DNA of 46,442 nucleotides, from positions 1 to 46,442 of the IMG/VR virus record IMGVR_UViG_3300033489_000016. One strand, given 5' to 3'. Below the pieces are notes generated by a model, which searched no databases, had not been told where the DNA came from, and saw only the letters and a list, made by a program, of their open reading frames with translations. The position numbers and the translations under genes were made by a program. The DNA is from a virus (taxonomy: Duplodnaviria; Caudoviricetes). Positions 1-9,320 of the stretch are shown here, one piece after another. Numbering within the stretch: the stretch's first letter is position 1; every line of letters begins with the position of its first letter.

Positions 1-395
1 CGGTTGAGGAAAAACCTATCATTGCAACCAGCGCAACGATGCAGGGCGGCATGGAAACCATGAAGTTCGGCTTAGGGGGAGGATTGTCGGAGTTGTTTGG
101 CGGCGGTGCAATACCAATGCCTCCGCGTGGTCCAGCCGTCGCGGCGGGGATGTCCTCGCCGGTGCCAGTTGGAACGCCAACAGCGGAGTTTGCCGGCGGG
201 CTCGAGACGCTCAAGTGGGATGTTGGTTCCGACATGAGGCGCGGCCTTGAGGAACTCGCGCGTGCAATCGAACGGCGCCCTGTGGTTACAACCGTGAATA
301 TCGATGGAACGAAGGTCGGGGAGGCTGTGGCTTCCGCGAATCGGTCCAGGCAGTCACGCGGCGGAATGCCTGTCTCGGGGGAGGATGGCTTATGA
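1..395 (+). CDS. Probable C-terminal end of tail tape measure protein (partial, runs off the window start)
   Basis: Frame is open from position 3. Ends with a VTTVNIDGTKVGEAV motif typical of tape measure C-termini and lies directly before the tube-initiator/LysM/hub genes. Confidence 0.6.
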   Translation, partial: VEEKPIIATSATMQGGMETMKFGLGGGLSELFGGGAIPMPPRGPAVAAGMSSPVPVGTPTAEFAGGLETLKWDVGSDMRRGLEELARAIERRPVVTTVNIDGTKVGEAVASANRSRQSRGGMPVSGEDGL

Positions 396-928
396 ACGAA
401 TACGTGACCAAAGATCCCCCGAAGCTCTTGTTTGTAAACCTCGTGAGTGGCGACGAGCTCCCTGTGCAATTTAACCCAACTCAACTACGTGAGGCGATCG
501 AGGCGAATTATTCCAGAGTAGTCGTTCCGGGTCAGTCGCACGCACAAATGCAATTCATCAATACGGATAATTTCAAGATCGATTTGGAACTGTTCTTCCG
601 CGCGGTGACAAAACAGGAGCTCGAACTTATTCATCGCGCGCGTAGACAGATCCTTTCATGGGCATATCCTAGAATGGTTGCTAACGACATCGTTGGGGGC
701 GGCGCGCCAAAGTTGTTGCTCTACTGGCCGTCAATGCTGTCGGTTGAATGCGTGTTGGCTAGCGCTTCGTTTACGCACGAGCGCTTCAACAATCAAGCGA
801 GATCCGTGCAGTTTACGTGTGCCGTTCAGCTTGAGGAGATGCGAAACGTGCGATTACATTTTGACGAGGTGGCCGAGGATAATGTCCTTAGATTCGGTTC
901 GGATTTAGGGTTAGAGGAGGAAGGCTGA
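392..928 (+). CDS. Contractile tail tube initiator-like protein (P2 gpU / CIS tube N-terminal-like)
   Basis: VQFNPTQLRE...YSRVVVPG...QF and PPKLLLYW...CVL.S.SFTHERF motifs; ATGA overlap with the upstream gene; synteny. Confidence 0.7.
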   Translation: MNEYVTKDPPKLLFVNLVSGDELPVQFNPTQLREAIEANYSRVVVPGQSHAQMQFINTDNFKIDLELFFRAVTKQELELIHRARRQILSWAYPRMVANDIVGGGAPKLLLYWPSMLSVECVLASASFTHERFNNQARSVQFTCAVQLEEMRNVRLHFDEVAEDNVLRFGSDLGLEEEG

Positions 929-1272
929 TGCCCCCACGGCAGTATTCACGGCATACGTTTACGACTGGGGAGGCCGATGAGACCGACCGCATTTTTCTAT
1001 CGGAGCGCGTTCCTTTCGGATACGAGGACTTGTCGGATAACCGGCGTGTGGTTACGCAACAGGGGGATTCGCTTTATTCTTTAGCGGGCAGGTATTTCGC
1101 ACCGTTGACGCGGCCGGCGGGCTTGTGGTGGATCATCGCGGATTTTCAACCCACTCCAATTCACGATCCAACAGTTCAACTTGCGGCGGGAACTACGATC
1201 ATCATCCCGTCATTGCGTACGGTTATTGAACGCATTTTTAACGATGAGCGTCGGAGAGAAAGCGCGGTATGA
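928..1272 (+). CDS. LysM / tail X-like baseplate protein
   Basis: QGDSLYSLAGRYF...LWWIIADFQ...IHDP..L.AG..IIIP is a LysM-like signature; synteny. Confidence 0.8.
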   Translation: MPPRQYSRHTFTTGEADETDRIFLSERVPFGYEDLSDNRRVVTQQGDSLYSLAGRYFAPLTRPAGLWWIIADFQPTPIHDPTVQLAAGTTIIIPSLRTVIERIFNDERRRESAV

Positions 1273-2648
1273 CCGATCGCCATGAGCCGCTGTTCTTCGT
1301 GCGCGTGAAGCCGAGTGAAGGCGGTGATTCCCGTATCGATATGACGGGGAGAATTACTTCTTTCGAGTACGAGGATAACGAGCGCGCGGCTGATAAACTG
1401 ACGATCTCGATCGATAACTGGGATCTCTCGAACTTCGACGACCCGGTGTGGAAGAAGGGGAACATCCTAGAAATCTCGTGGGGCTATCCAGACACAATGG
1501 CGCTTCCCAGAACGGTCCAGATCCGTGAGGTGAAGGGATTTAACCCCTTGCGCGTTGAGGCGCATGGGAAAGAAGTCATCGCAAACAGGGTGGTTAAGAA
1601 TCGCGTGTTTGAAAACACGAAGCGCTCCGACGTTGTACGTACGATCGCTAACGAGTTGGGCTATCGCGATGACGACGCGTTGCACATTCAGGACACCGAG
1701 ATCGTTTACGAGACGATCGCGCAGGCGGGATTAACCGATGCGCAGTTCATTCGGCGGTTGGCGCATAAGGAGGGATTTCAGTGGTACGTCGATTTTGACG
1801 GCTTTCACTTTCACGAGCGCGACCTGACACAAGATGCTCTGCGCGTTTATACCTATTATAATATCAACGAGAAGCAGGGCGATATTCTGTCTATCGATAT
1901 TACGAACGATGTTACTGCACGTCCTGGTCGTGTGAAGACGAAGGGGCGTGATCCCGAAAATCGGGCAGACGTCGATGGCGACGCATCCAACGCGAAAGAT
2001 AACAAGCGTGGAGTTCTGTCTGAGCGGATCGAGGTTATCGATCCGGAAACAGGCGAATCGTTGGGTTTCAAGGAAATTGGACAGGAGTCTACGAGCGCAA
2101 CGTCTGAGGAAAGTAACTCTGCCGCGGCGCGCCGCGCGGCGGCGAAGTTCAGGGGCATTCAACAGGTCGCGGTTAAGTTAAACATGACGGTCGTGGGCGA
2201 TGCCACACTCGTTGCCAAGAGCGTTTTCCAATTGGAGAATGTCGGTAAACGGTTAAGTCAGCGATATTACATCCGTAAGGTCGTGCATACGATTGACAGC
2301 TCGGGGTATACCTCCCAAATCGAATCTATATCAGACGGCTCTGGCGGCCATTCTACTAAAAGCATTCACGCGCCGGAGTTGACCGCTGTTCAAGTGGCAC
2401 CATCAACAGACGGGAAACGCGCGGCCGCGATAACAGCGGCTGCTGTCGCGCTAACACAGGCGCACTCGTATGCAAAGCAACACCAACTTTCTCCTCCGAG
2501 TCTTACCGCGCAAAAGGTCGGGGATCACTACGTGTTCTTAGACACTCAAGGCCGGCGCGTTCCGCCCGAAGCTGCAGCGCGTACTATTCAATCCGAGATT
2601 TCGCGTGTACACCAAGAGAGTATTGATGATGCTGAGGAAGAGGAATGA
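1269..2648 (+). CDS. Baseplate hub protein (P2 gpD / late control D family)
   Basis: ADKLTISIDN, QAGLTDAQFIRRLAHKEGF and YYIRKVVHTIDSSGYTS motifs; position before the spike gene. Confidence 0.85.
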   Translation: MTDRHEPLFFVRVKPSEGGDSRIDMTGRITSFEYEDNERAADKLTISIDNWDLSNFDDPVWKKGNILEISWGYPDTMALPRTVQIREVKGFNPLRVEAHGKEVIANRVVKNRVFENTKRSDVVRTIANELGYRDDDALHIQDTEIVYETIAQAGLTDAQFIRRLAHKEGFQWYVDFDGFHFHERDLTQDALRVYTYYNINEKQGDILSIDITNDVTARPGRVKTKGRDPENRADVDGDASNAKDNKRGVLSERIEVIDPETGESLGFKEIGQESTSATSEESNSAAARRAAAKFRGIQQVAVKLNMTVVGDATLVAKSVFQLENVGKRLSQRYYIRKVVHTIDSSGYTSQIESISDGSGGHSTKSIHAPELTAVQVAPSTDGKRAAAITAAAVALTQAHSYAKQHQLSPPSLTAQKVGDHYVFLDTQGRRVPPEAAARTIQSEISRVHQESIDDAEEEE

Positions 2649-3253
2649 TTGATCACGAAGCCCCGGATCCGCAACTTGTCTCGGTGTACGATGGCGTCGT
2701 ACTCGATAGGAACGATCCCAAAAAAATCGGGCGTGTGCGTATTCGAGTTCCTGGACTGATTGAGCCGCCCGGCGTTTGGGCCATGCCAATAGGAATGCCC
2801 GGCAGCGGAAGCGCCTCAAGCGGCCTGTTCTTTGTTCCCGAAGTGGGCGCCGAGGTCGCGGTCCTTTTCAAAATGGGCGATGCGGACCATCCGCGCTATT
2901 TGGCGGGTGCGTGGGGGCGCCCGAATGGGCAGCCCGATATTCCGGGTTCAGCTCTAACCGCCGCGGACGGCACGGCGTATTCTGCGGAACAAACGCCTAA
3001 CGTGCGCGTAATCGAATCGAAACGGTATGAGATCGTCATCGACGATAACGAGGGTCACGAACGGTTAGCGATTCGAGACAAACAATCCCCCGCAGGAGGC
3101 GAGGACATTATTGAGATCGACAGCGTCAACAACGGTGTCAGGATTTCCGGTACGGTTGCGGTGCTTATAGAGAGCGTAGGCGTTGTGAATATCAGGGGCT
3201 TACAGGTGCTGATAAACGGCCGCGTCGTGCGTGATACGGGGGATCCGATCTGA
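2645..3253 (+). CDS. Baseplate central spike (gpV / gp5 N-terminal OB fold)
   Basis: NDPKKIGRVRIRVP...WA.P...GLFFVPEVGAEVAVLF..GD.DHPRYLAG is the gp5/Vgr OB-fold motif. Confidence 0.9.
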   Translation: MIDHEAPDPQLVSVYDGVVLDRNDPKKIGRVRIRVPGLIEPPGVWAMPIGMPGSGSASSGLFFVPEVGAEVAVLFKMGDADHPRYLAGAWGRPNGQPDIPGSALTAADGTAYSAEQTPNVRVIESKRYEIVIDDNEGHERLAIRDKQSPAGGEDIIEIDSVNNGVRISGTVAVLIESVGVVNIRGLQVLINGRVVRDTGDPI

Positions 3254-3963
3254 TGGGCCTTCCTATTGTCGATACTTTATGCGGAGCGATTGATGCGGCT
3301 CAATTCGATTTGTGCATAACTTTTCCAGGTGCCGCGACGGTTTGCGCGTTTCCCCCGGGGTTTCCGCCAAGTTTGCTTGAACTCGCACGCTCTATGCTCG
3401 CGCAAGCCAGCGCGGCGATGGCACCGTTACAGCCTATTTTCGACATTATAGGCGCGATCGCGGCAGTGCTTAATTGCATTCAGGCGATTCCAGATACGAT
3501 AGGTCCCCCACCGAATCCAACCGCGCTTGCGGAGTGCATACCTAATCTTGTTGAGAAGGTGGAAAAGTTGCTGGCGTTGCTTCCTCAGGTGTCCATTCCG
3601 TTGATGATCGTCGGGTTGCTCGATACCTTGATTCTCATGCTTAGCGCGGTTATCGCGGAACTCCGCAGCGTGATTTATCTGCTCGAGCGGATTTCTCGTG
3701 CGCGCGGCGTACCCGCGCTTGGGTTGCTGGCAATTATCGATTGCGGAGAACGAACCGCTGCTGGTCAGATGAGCAACATTGAATCTCTGATCGCATCAAT
3801 AAATCCCGTGATCGAGTTGGTTAACGCGCTTGGCGGACTAGCGGGTATGGAACCCATCCCATCATTCGAAGGCGGGTTGGGCGACGATCCCCAAGCGGCG
3901 ATTGAACCCTTGGAAGATATAAGAAATTTCCTTGTTAGCTTCCGCAATAGCATTCCTGTATAG
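3253..3963 (+). CDS. Hypothetical hydrophobic helical virion protein
   Basis: 236 aa ORF coupled to the spike gene (TGATG); rich in Leu/Ile/Ala/Pro. Confidence 0.65.
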   Translation: MGLPIVDTLCGAIDAAQFDLCITFPGAATVCAFPPGFPPSLLELARSMLAQASAAMAPLQPIFDIIGAIAAVLNCIQAIPDTIGPPPNPTALAECIPNLVEKVEKLLALLPQVSIPLMIVGLLDTLILMLSAVIAELRSVIYLLERISRARGVPALGLLAIIDCGERTAAGQMSNIESLIASINPVIELVNALGGLAGMEPIPSFEGGLGDDPQAAIEPLEDIRNFLVSFRNSIPV

Positions 3964-3984
3964 TAGGATATCAGCGAGGTTGTT

Positions 3985-4452
3985 ATGGACCAGGATTCTA
4001 AAGGCGTTCAAAACGCAGGGCTGTTGGAAGGGCTTCAACGCATGCGTTCAGAGAAGGCGGCTCAAGGCGCATACGCGGAAGGCATCATCGCTTGCGTATT
4101 GCGAATTAATCAATGGTTGGAAAACGCGCTTTCAGATGGCAGCGCCGTAATCGGTTGTGCAGCGTTATCGGGACTTTTAACTTCTATTGAAAAAGAGGCC
4201 AAAGGCGTAATTGGCTCTACATCCAAAGATGTGGAAGTGCTGACCAGGTCTGTCCAAGCATTATCGCTCGAAAACTCGCGCGATCAGATCGGCCAGCTTT
4301 TGAATACGATGCTGGCGCGCATACCCGGCGCAGCGCGGCCGGAGCACGCTAACGGTCTCTTTGCTGTACCGCCTAAAGAAGAGTCGCCACAGACTGGCGA
4401 TTTGGAGCCTTCGCGCGCGCTTCAGTTAGAAGAGGAGATCGCAAATGGCTAG
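3985..4452 (+). CDS. Hypothetical protein
   Basis: GAGG RBS; overlaps the next gene; co-oriented with the operon. Confidence 0.6.
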   Translation: MDQDSKGVQNAGLLEGLQRMRSEKAAQGAYAEGIIACVLRINQWLENALSDGSAVIGCAALSGLLTSIEKEAKGVIGSTSKDVEVLTRSVQALSLENSRDQIGQLLNTMLARIPGAARPEHANGLFAVPPKEESPQTGDLEPSRALQLEEEIANG

Positions 4453-7400
4453 TGCTGTTATACGTATAGACCAATACGGTTTACCCCCTGGCGTTAACGG
4501 CCGCGCACGAATTAATGGGTTGAGCACCGGCGCGTTAGTTACGCTAACGAGTACGGATCCGGGAGGAACCAATAAGTTTCAATTTCTGCACGTTCCGGCG
4601 AACGACAACACGGCTGTTGCAACGCTTGCGCCCACGGGGGGAGGCGCGACACCTGTTTGGACGTTTACACCAACTGTTGGCGCATGGGGCCCGTATCGAA
4701 TCGAACTTATCGTAAATGAAGGATTAATTACTGAAGATAGACAAATCAAAATATTTGCAATACCCGCGCCAAATACAGGTTTAATTCCGCCAGCGTTGGG
4801 CGAACGTGGCGATCCATTGGCAACGTTATTGAACAATGGCGTAGATGTCATTGAAAATACAGAGCGCAACGTTACGGTTTTGGATGCACCTTCAATTGAG
4901 GGGTATTTGCCGTTTTTCCGCGACTTGACGGAATTGTTGGAATCTAGTTTAGGCGTGATCGGTTTACACAAAACGAGTCACCAGGATGGCGGCACTGACG
5001 AGATTAGTGTAGCCGGGTTGTTAGGGTTGTTGGCTACCGCACAGACGCCGACAGCGCACGCGGCGACGCATACCAACGGTGCGGACGATATTCAGGATGC
5101 GACAGCGGCTGTTAAAGGCTTAGCGACACCGACACAGATTACGAAGCTGGATGGGTTGACCAAGGACCACGGTTCGCTGGACGGGTTATCCGATGACGGC
5201 CATAGCCAATACCATAACGATACGCGGGGTGACGCGAGATACCCGCTGAAAGCGTTGATGGACGCAAAAGGCGATTTATGGGTCGGCACCGCTGATAATA
5301 CAGTAGCTAAATTAACAGTGGGCGCTGATCATATGATACCACACGCTAATAGCGCTACGCCGGTTGGTATGGAATGGCGATATCAACAATTGGTAAATAC
5401 TGCGGGTAAAACAAGCGGATATACCGCTCTGCCTTTCGAGAATGTATTAGCTGATCCAACGAGCGCGGCTTTCACGGTTCTAGCTCCGACGACTCCGTTT
5501 GAAGGGATGAGGTTTGGCGTCACGAACTATTCATCGTCTTGGAACGCTATCAAGATAGATGGAAACGGGTCAACCTTTGAACGCGGATCTACTTATAGGT
5601 TTCACAAAGCTCATGGGCACATTGAGTTCCAGTATATATCCGGTAAATGGAGAGTATTTGATTCGCAGCGTGCTATGTTTGGGTTTAATGTTTGGGAATA
5701 CGACGCGATACCGGATGGTAATGGCGCGGGGGGCGGTACTGATAATACTACGGCTTATCAAGCGTGTGTGGATGTTATTCACTCAGTGGGAGGTGGAATA
5801 CTTTATCTGCCGGCAGGTATTTATAGAAAAGACAATGAAACCATCGTATATTCGTGTTTACATATATTAGGCGAATACAGTGGGGTGGATCCAGTTTGGA
5901 ACGTCTCGGGCGTGGTTATAGATCCAACTAATATGCCGTTTTCAAACGATTCGCGGAATGCTGTTTTCAAACAAATCTCGGAAGGTATATTTGATTTACA
6001 TCTGGAAAATTTCGTTGTAAAGGGGCCACTTAGATCTACTATTACTAATTGGTATTCAGGCGGTACAGCAGCATTATGGCTAATTAATTCACGCGCGCTG
6101 CGCCTTCATAACGTAAGTGTTTATGGTATTCACTATGGGTTCTATCTATGGAATCCGGCACTGTTTCGAATAACTCACTGCAAAATACAACAGACTGCTA
6201 ATGTCGGACTATTCCTGTACGGAGACGCCCGCTATGGAAGCATAGTCGGCGGCGATTGTTCTAACGGAAAGAAACACAATATTGCATTGGTTGGATACCA
6301 ATCGGGTTATGAACCGCATGATATTGACATAAGTTTGCCAATGTTGGACGAGTGTAATGACACCAGCCTGTACATGGAACGTTCGTACAACATATCGTTT
6401 CGCAGCAATTGCGTTTACACGGGGTCTGTAGGTGGTGTAGGCACCGGCGTTAAAATAGCGGCCGGGTGTAGCAATATCAATCTAGACGGGTTTATGGTGC
6501 GCAAATGGGATAACGGAGCAGTACCTCTTAACACTATAGCAATTGCAGCAGACGCCAATAATGTTATATTATCTAATATACGCACAGAGCCTAACGGCGG
6601 AGGCGATATATCCGATTTAGCTGCTAATACTATTTATCACAATTGTCTATTCAATGGAATAAAGTATAGTCGTAATGAAAGGAGATACTTGTCACAATCC
6701 GCCGAGCCAACCGCGCTCGTTGGCGAGACGATGGTGTTCACGGATACCGACACTGGCAAATCGTATGTGTTATATGGAACAGCGGGCGGAAACAAGATTA
6801 TTGGATGCGACAGTGGATCTCCTGCCGCGCATGCGGCATCCCATCAGGATGGAGGCTCGGACGAGATCAGCGTTGCGGGGTTGTTAGGGTTATTGGCGAC
6901 AGCGCAGAATCCGGTAAATCATGCGGCGTCGCATCAAAATGGAGCTGGCGATGAGATCAGCGTTGCGGGTTTATCTGGCGAGTTGGCAGACGCGCAAACG
7001 CCCAAGACACATGCGGCGTCACACATAAGCGGGGACGCAATTCAGAATGCGACGGCCTCGCAGAACGGCTTGGCGACGTCGACGCAAATCGCGAAGCTTG
7101 ACAGTATTACAATCCCGTCTTTAACCGACAATAGGATGGTCAAAGCCGACGGAACAGTGGCCATTCAAAACACCGGTATATCGATAGACGATTCAGATAG
7201 AATAACAGAAGTAAAAACGCTTAATTATAACACTCTCTATAGCAACGGCAACAGCGGTGCCGCGTTTACGATGCATCTTAATAACGGGCAAGTTCAATCC
7301 GTAACGTTATCGAGTGATGGGGCAGTTTTGACCATTGATCCTACAGATATAACGGGTCCCGGAATTTGGTATTTGGACGTTGCATCCGGCGGTGCAAATT

Positions 7401-7561
7401 ATAATTGGGACCCCAATCCGGTAATATCCGGAGGCCTGGCATATGTTGATAGTGGGGGATGGAATCCGGCGTTATCGCTCGCGCAACACTGCTTGCATCA
7501 GATAGTTTACGACGGTACTAATATCCACGTTACTACGACTACGATGACGCCGTTTGGATAA
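4445..7561 (+). CDS. Tailspike / tail fibre with central pectate-lyase-like beta-helix (possible depolymerase)
   Basis: FNVWEYDAIPDG...TDNTTAYQACVD...GGGILYLPAGIY is the pectate_lyase_3-type entry motif; flanked by HxxxH fibre repeats. Confidence 0.8.
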   Translation: MASAVIRIDQYGLPPGVNGRARINGLSTGALVTLTSTDPGGTNKFQFLHVPANDNTAVATLAPTGGGATPVWTFTPTVGAWGPYRIELIVNEGLITEDRQIKIFAIPAPNTGLIPPALGERGDPLATLLNNGVDVIENTERNVTVLDAPSIEGYLPFFRDLTELLESSLGVIGLHKTSHQDGGTDEISVAGLLGLLATAQTPTAHAATHTNGADDIQDATAAVKGLATPTQITKLDGLTKDHGSLDGLSDDGHSQYHNDTRGDARYPLKALMDAKGDLWVGTADNTVAKLTVGADHMIPHANSATPVGMEWRYQQLVNTAGKTSGYTALPFENVLADPTSAAFTVLAPTTPFEGMRFGVTNYSSSWNAIKIDGNGSTFERGSTYRFHKAHGHIEFQYISGKWRVFDSQRAMFGFNVWEYDAIPDGNGAGGGTDNTTAYQACVDVIHSVGGGILYLPAGIYRKDNETIVYSCLHILGEYSGVDPVWNVSGVVIDPTNMPFSNDSRNAVFKQISEGIFDLHLENFVVKGPLRSTITNWYSGGTAALWLINSRALRLHNVSVYGIHYGFYLWNPALFRITHCKIQQTANVGLFLYGDARYGSIVGGDCSNGKKHNIALVGYQSGYEPHDIDISLPMLDECNDTSLYMERSYNISFRSNCVYTGSVGGVGTGVKIAAGCSNINLDGFMVRKWDNGAVPLNTIAIAADANNVILSNIRTEPNGGGDISDLAANTIYHNCLFNGIKYSRNERRYLSQSAEPTALVGETMVFTDTDTGKSYVLYGTAGGNKIIGCDSGSPAAHAASHQDGGSDEISVAGLLGLLATAQNPVNHAASHQNGAGDEISVAGLSGELADAQTPKTHAASHISGDAIQNATASQNGLATSTQIAKLDSITIPSLTDNRMVKADGTVAIQNTGISIDDSDRITEVKTLNYNTLYSNGNSGAAFTMHLNNGQVQSVTLSSDGAVLTIDPTDITGPGIWYLDVASGGANYNWDPNPVISGGLAYVDSGGWNPALSLAQHCLHQIVYDGTNIHVTTTTMTPFG
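4967..5151 (+). repeat. Tail-fibre HxxSH/DEISVAGL repeat block, copy 1
   Basis: HKTSHQDGGTDEISVAGLLGLLATAQTP...IQDATAAVKGLATPTQITKLD, homologous to 6830-7102. Confidence 0.85.
6830..7102 (+). repeat. Tail-fibre HxxSH/DEISVAGL repeat block, copy 2 (with an internal duplication)
   Basis: HAASHQDGGSDEISVAGLLGLLATAQNP, HAASHQNGAGDEISVAGLSGELADAQTP...IQNATASQNGLATSTQIAKLD. Confidence 0.85.
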
Positions 7562-7569
7562 AATGCTTA

Positions 7570-8022
7570 TTAATCTACATACGTGCAGATACCGTGAGTC
7601 GCAACGCTCTCGACCGTATCGTACCCATACTCGTTCCAGAGTTTTTCATTCTGGTGTTGCGGGTCAGTCGTATTGTCAACGCATCGTGACATTAGATGGA
7701 TTATCTCGTGTATTAGAGTTGTGCCACGTTGGTATGAGTCCATGTCTGCCAGTATCTCTATCCGTTTTTTTTCTGGCAGAATGCAACCGATTCCGCCAGA
7801 TGGACAATCCGGATCGATGGTCTCGACATCAACGATCGCAAAGTCGTCCAGATCATCCGCGCACCTATTTATCAGCGCTCCACCCATTTTCGAAAACCAG
7901 GCGTCTAACGCAACCGCTATCGCATCCTCATAGCTCGGGTCGCACGGTGGCTCGTAGCGCGGTACGATGCACGATGAGCAGCACAATGATATCGACAAAA
8001 ACACGATTGATTTTAGGTTCAT
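7570..8022 (-). CDS. Moron-like putative lipoprotein with HExxH zincin motif
   Basis: MNLKSIVFLSISLCCSSC signal/lipobox-like N-terminus; TLIHEIIH motif; has its own promoter. Confidence 0.7.
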   Translation of the reverse strand: MNLKSIVFLSISLCCSSCIVPRYEPPCDPSYEDAIAVALDAWFSKMGGALINRCADDLDDFAIVDVETIDPDCPSGGIGCILPEKKRIEILADMDSYQRGTTLIHEIIHLMSRCVDNTTDPQHQNEKLWNEYGYDTVESVATHGICTYVD

Positions 8023-8042
8023 TTTCAATTTCCCTTTGTATA

Positions 8043-8071
8043 ATTATACTATGATTCGCAACAAACATCAA
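8043..8071 (-). promoter_or_regulatory. Sigma70-type promoter TTGATG-N17-TATAAT
   Basis: Minus strand TTGATG (8071-8066), 17 nt spacer, TATAAT (8048-8043), about 20 nt before the ATG at 8022. Confidence 0.75.
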
Positions 8072-8112
8072 TAACTAAAAATAGTGTAATATTACGCGCT
8101 TACAGGTGAGTT

Positions 8113-8460
8113 ATGGCAATCGAAAAACGAACACTAATGGCGGCGTTGACCGAGGTCGAAGTAGATGAACGAGCGTTGCAGCTCGAAGCGGTGCTCGTAC
8201 AAATCGACGAAAAGCGGGCCGAGGCAAAGGCGACGCTCTCAACAATGAGGGCAGAGCTTCGAGAGCTCGAACACGAGGCTGAGGTACTTCGGCGCGCTAT
8301 TCAATTTGGTTATGATCTGAAAGAAATTGATTGCGACGTGATAGAGGTTACTGCCAAATCGGTTACGCGCAAAGACACCGGTGCGTTCATTGAGTTTTTG
8401 CCTCTGGTCGTAGAAGCGGAGCCGATCGAAGAACCTCTGGTCGAGAAAAAGCCAAAATGA
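8113..8460 (+). CDS. Hypothetical coiled-coil phage protein
   Basis: AGGTGAG RBS; 115 aa charged helical ORF ending in an RKDTG-containing beta segment. Confidence 0.7.
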   Translation: MAIEKRTLMAALTEVEVDERALQLEAVLVQIDEKRAEAKATLSTMRAELRELEHEAEVLRRAIQFGYDLKEIDCDVIEVTAKSVTRKDTGAFIEFLPLVVEAEPIEEPLVEKKPK

Positions 8461-8481
8461 AAATAGACTGCAGTAACATTG

Positions 8482-8850
8482 TTATTTATCTATGTTTATT
8501 AATTGCTTGTATAGATAAGAAATGCCAGAGGCGCAATCGAGTACGATTACGCACCATTGTGCCAGTGTGAGGAGTGCCGATCGGTGTGCGATCAGCACCG
8601 CAGCGTAATCGGCGTTTGGGAGCTTGATAGTTAATTTGCGGGTACGCATTAATGGTTCATCCACATGTGGGCGCGAAACACGGGAGATGTCGGGGCGAGT
8701 CCCTTGGATAGCGGGGTTTGCAGCGCAGCGCAGCGCTCGGATTGCCCACGCGTGGCGGGATATTTTGTGAGCATTAGCTGCTGCTGAATACGCGTCAAGT
8801 TGTAGGTGCGATATGCGTAATGATATTGGCTTAGTTAGAATCGCCGGCAT
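8482..8850 (-). CDS. Putative tandem ribbon-helix-helix DNA-binding protein
   Basis: Two similar halves, ISLRISHLQLDAYSAAANAHKISRHAWAIRAL and LTIKLPNADYAAVLIAHRSALLTLAQWCVIVL, each with a beta-strand then helix-helix pattern. Confidence 0.5.
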   Translation of the reverse strand: MPAILTKPISLRISHLQLDAYSAAANAHKISRHAWAIRALRCAANPAIQGTRPDISRVSRPHVDEPLMRTRKLTIKLPNADYAAVLIAHRSALLTLAQWCVIVLDCASGISYLYKQLINIDK

Positions 8851-9245
8851 GGGTTCCGCCTATGCCGATCAATCTGAATCACGTTTTTCGGCAATACATT
8901 AGGTAGATACCCGCGCGATCTCATCCACTCGGACGATTCGGCCGCGGAAAACCCGAGCATTTGAATACCCGCCCACGCAGCTAGTAACGAATCCGATCGA
9001 TACACGGTCAGGATTTTTGCGACTTCGTACGCGGCTTGCCGACGCGCCAGAGGCTCGGAGATTCCTTCATTGATCGTGGAAGGGCTCAACGATGCATAGA
9101 TGATCTCGTGGTCGATGTCATCCCCCATCGCAATCGGCTGGACGATGTTGTTTGCGCGCTCACGAGCCTTGTCCTCCGGCAGATAATTCCGTAGTAGTTC
9201 TACAACTTCGCTCGTTGTTTGTTTTAGAGTAATAAGTTCATACAT
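8835..9245 (-). CDS. Hypothetical protein
   Basis: Strong AGGAGG RBS; 136 aa. Confidence 0.75.
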   Translation of the reverse strand: MYELITLKQTTSEVVELLRNYLPEDKARERANNIVQPIAMGDDIDHEIIYASLSPSTINEGISEPLARRQAAYEVAKILTVYRSDSLLAAWAGIQMLGFSAAESSEWMRSRGYLPNVLPKNVIQIDRHRRNPCRRF

Positions 9246-9282
9246 CTCTATTCCTCCTATTTAGTTTGTTTTTTATGTCCAT
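9238..9282 (-). pseudogene. 14-codon mini-ORF MDIKNKLNRRNRDV, probable relic of a third pentapeptide gene
   Basis: Follows the junction repeat and an AGGAG RBS. Its start resembles MEIKNK/MEIKNR of the two pentapeptide genes; its stop lies just inside the start of the next gene. Confidence 0.5.
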
Positions 9283-9304
9283 CTTATCTCTCCTATTATT
9301 TGTG

Positions 9305-9320
9305 GGCCTCACGGCCGGTT
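9305..9320 (-). repeat. Junction hairpin repeat, copy 1 (AACCGGCC-GTGA-GGCC)
   Basis: Direct match to the consensus; supplies the TGA stop of the upstream gene. Confidence 0.9.

Noticed and set aside
392-3253. Bacterial extracellular contractile injection system or T6SS locus
   Set aside because: Linked to a tape measure end, tail fibres, a holin-like gene and a full phage replication module, so a phage tail is the simpler reading.
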